A stretch of 59,637 bases of DNA from assembly GCF_001194135.2 (NCBI RefSeq), contig NC_068997.1:8180526-8240162 (forward strand). Direction: 5' to 3'. How positions within the stretch are numbered: position 1 is the stretch's first letter; each line of letters begins with the position of its first letter. This document shows, piece by piece, positions 59,267 through 59,637 of this stretch. The DNA is from Octopus bimaculoides. Its lineage: Eukaryota. The notes under the pieces were generated by a model, which saw only the letters and a list, made by a program, of their open reading frames with translations, was not told the origin of the DNA and did not search any database. Both the position numbers and the translations under genes were made by a program.

Positions 59267-59432
59267 AGGCTTAGGAGTGGTTGTGTGGTAAGTAGCTTGC
59301 TTACGAACCACATGGTCCCGGGTTCAGTCCCACTGCCTGGCACCTTGGGCAAGTGTCTGCTACTATAGCCTCGGGCTGACCAAAGCCTTGTGAGTGGATT
59401 TGGTAGACAGAAACTGAAAGAAGCCCGTCGTA
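59267..59432 (+). mobile_element. Well-preserved SINE family A copy (tRNA-Arg-like head, TTACGAA loop)
   Basis: ggagtggttgtgtggtaagtagcttgcttacgaaccacatggtcccgggttcagtcccactg...aagaagcccgtcg, then (TA)n. Confidence 0.88.
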
Positions 59433-59466
59433 TATATATGTATATATATATATATATATATACACT

Positions 59467-59637
59467 AATAATTACAGAGGCATCAAGCTGTTAGATCAGG
59501 TTATGAAAGTTACGGAGAGGGTCATAGCCCAACTAATTAGGGAGCAAATCAATTTAGATGCGATGCAGTTTGGGTTCGTGCCAGGTAAAAGCACCACTGA
59601 TGCCATATTTCTAGTGAGACAGCTGCAGGAGAAATAT
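59467..59637 (+). mobile_element. Young RTE LINE, RT domain start, 5'-truncated; runs off the window
   Basis: Open frame NNYRGIKLLDQVMKVTERVIAQLIREQINLDAMQFGFVPGKSTTDAIFLVRQLQEKY. Confidence 0.92.

Overview
AT-rich, microsatellite- and retroposon-dense eukaryotic scaffold with many N gaps. The repeat families suggest an octopod cephalopod such as Octopus (inference). Two protein-coding genes are reconstructed by hand. (1) TMPPE (transmembrane metallophosphoesterase), + strand, 5 coding exons (3904-4675, 13117-13227, 15932-16100, 20180-20319, 23143-23333), 1383 nt / 460 aa, all junctions GT-AG and in phase. (2) A galactose-3-O-sulfotransferase (GAL3ST family), - strand, 2 coding exons (58217-58168, 53602-52465), 1188 nt / 395 aa. 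A possible divergently transcribed exon lies about 260 bp upstream of the TMPPE start. The rest is transposon-derived: several tRNA-derived SINE families, a young RTE LINE family, BovB-like RTE, CR1-like and RLE-type LINE fragments, a Penelope-like (PLE) relic, hAT and piggyBac-type MITEs and a pogo relic. The most interesting signals are minimal hammerhead ribozyme motifs: one with an intact core at 184-228, and a pair inside a tRNA(Arg)-headed SINE-like element with a Penelope-style inverted terminal duplication at 13419-13815. Also notable are a 14-unit palindromic repeat/spacer array at 36542-37269 and an orphan NRF1/ETS/YY1 motif cluster at 48528-48605. No searches were run: family names come from remembered motifs, and repeat boundaries are approximate unless TSDs or TIRs are quoted.
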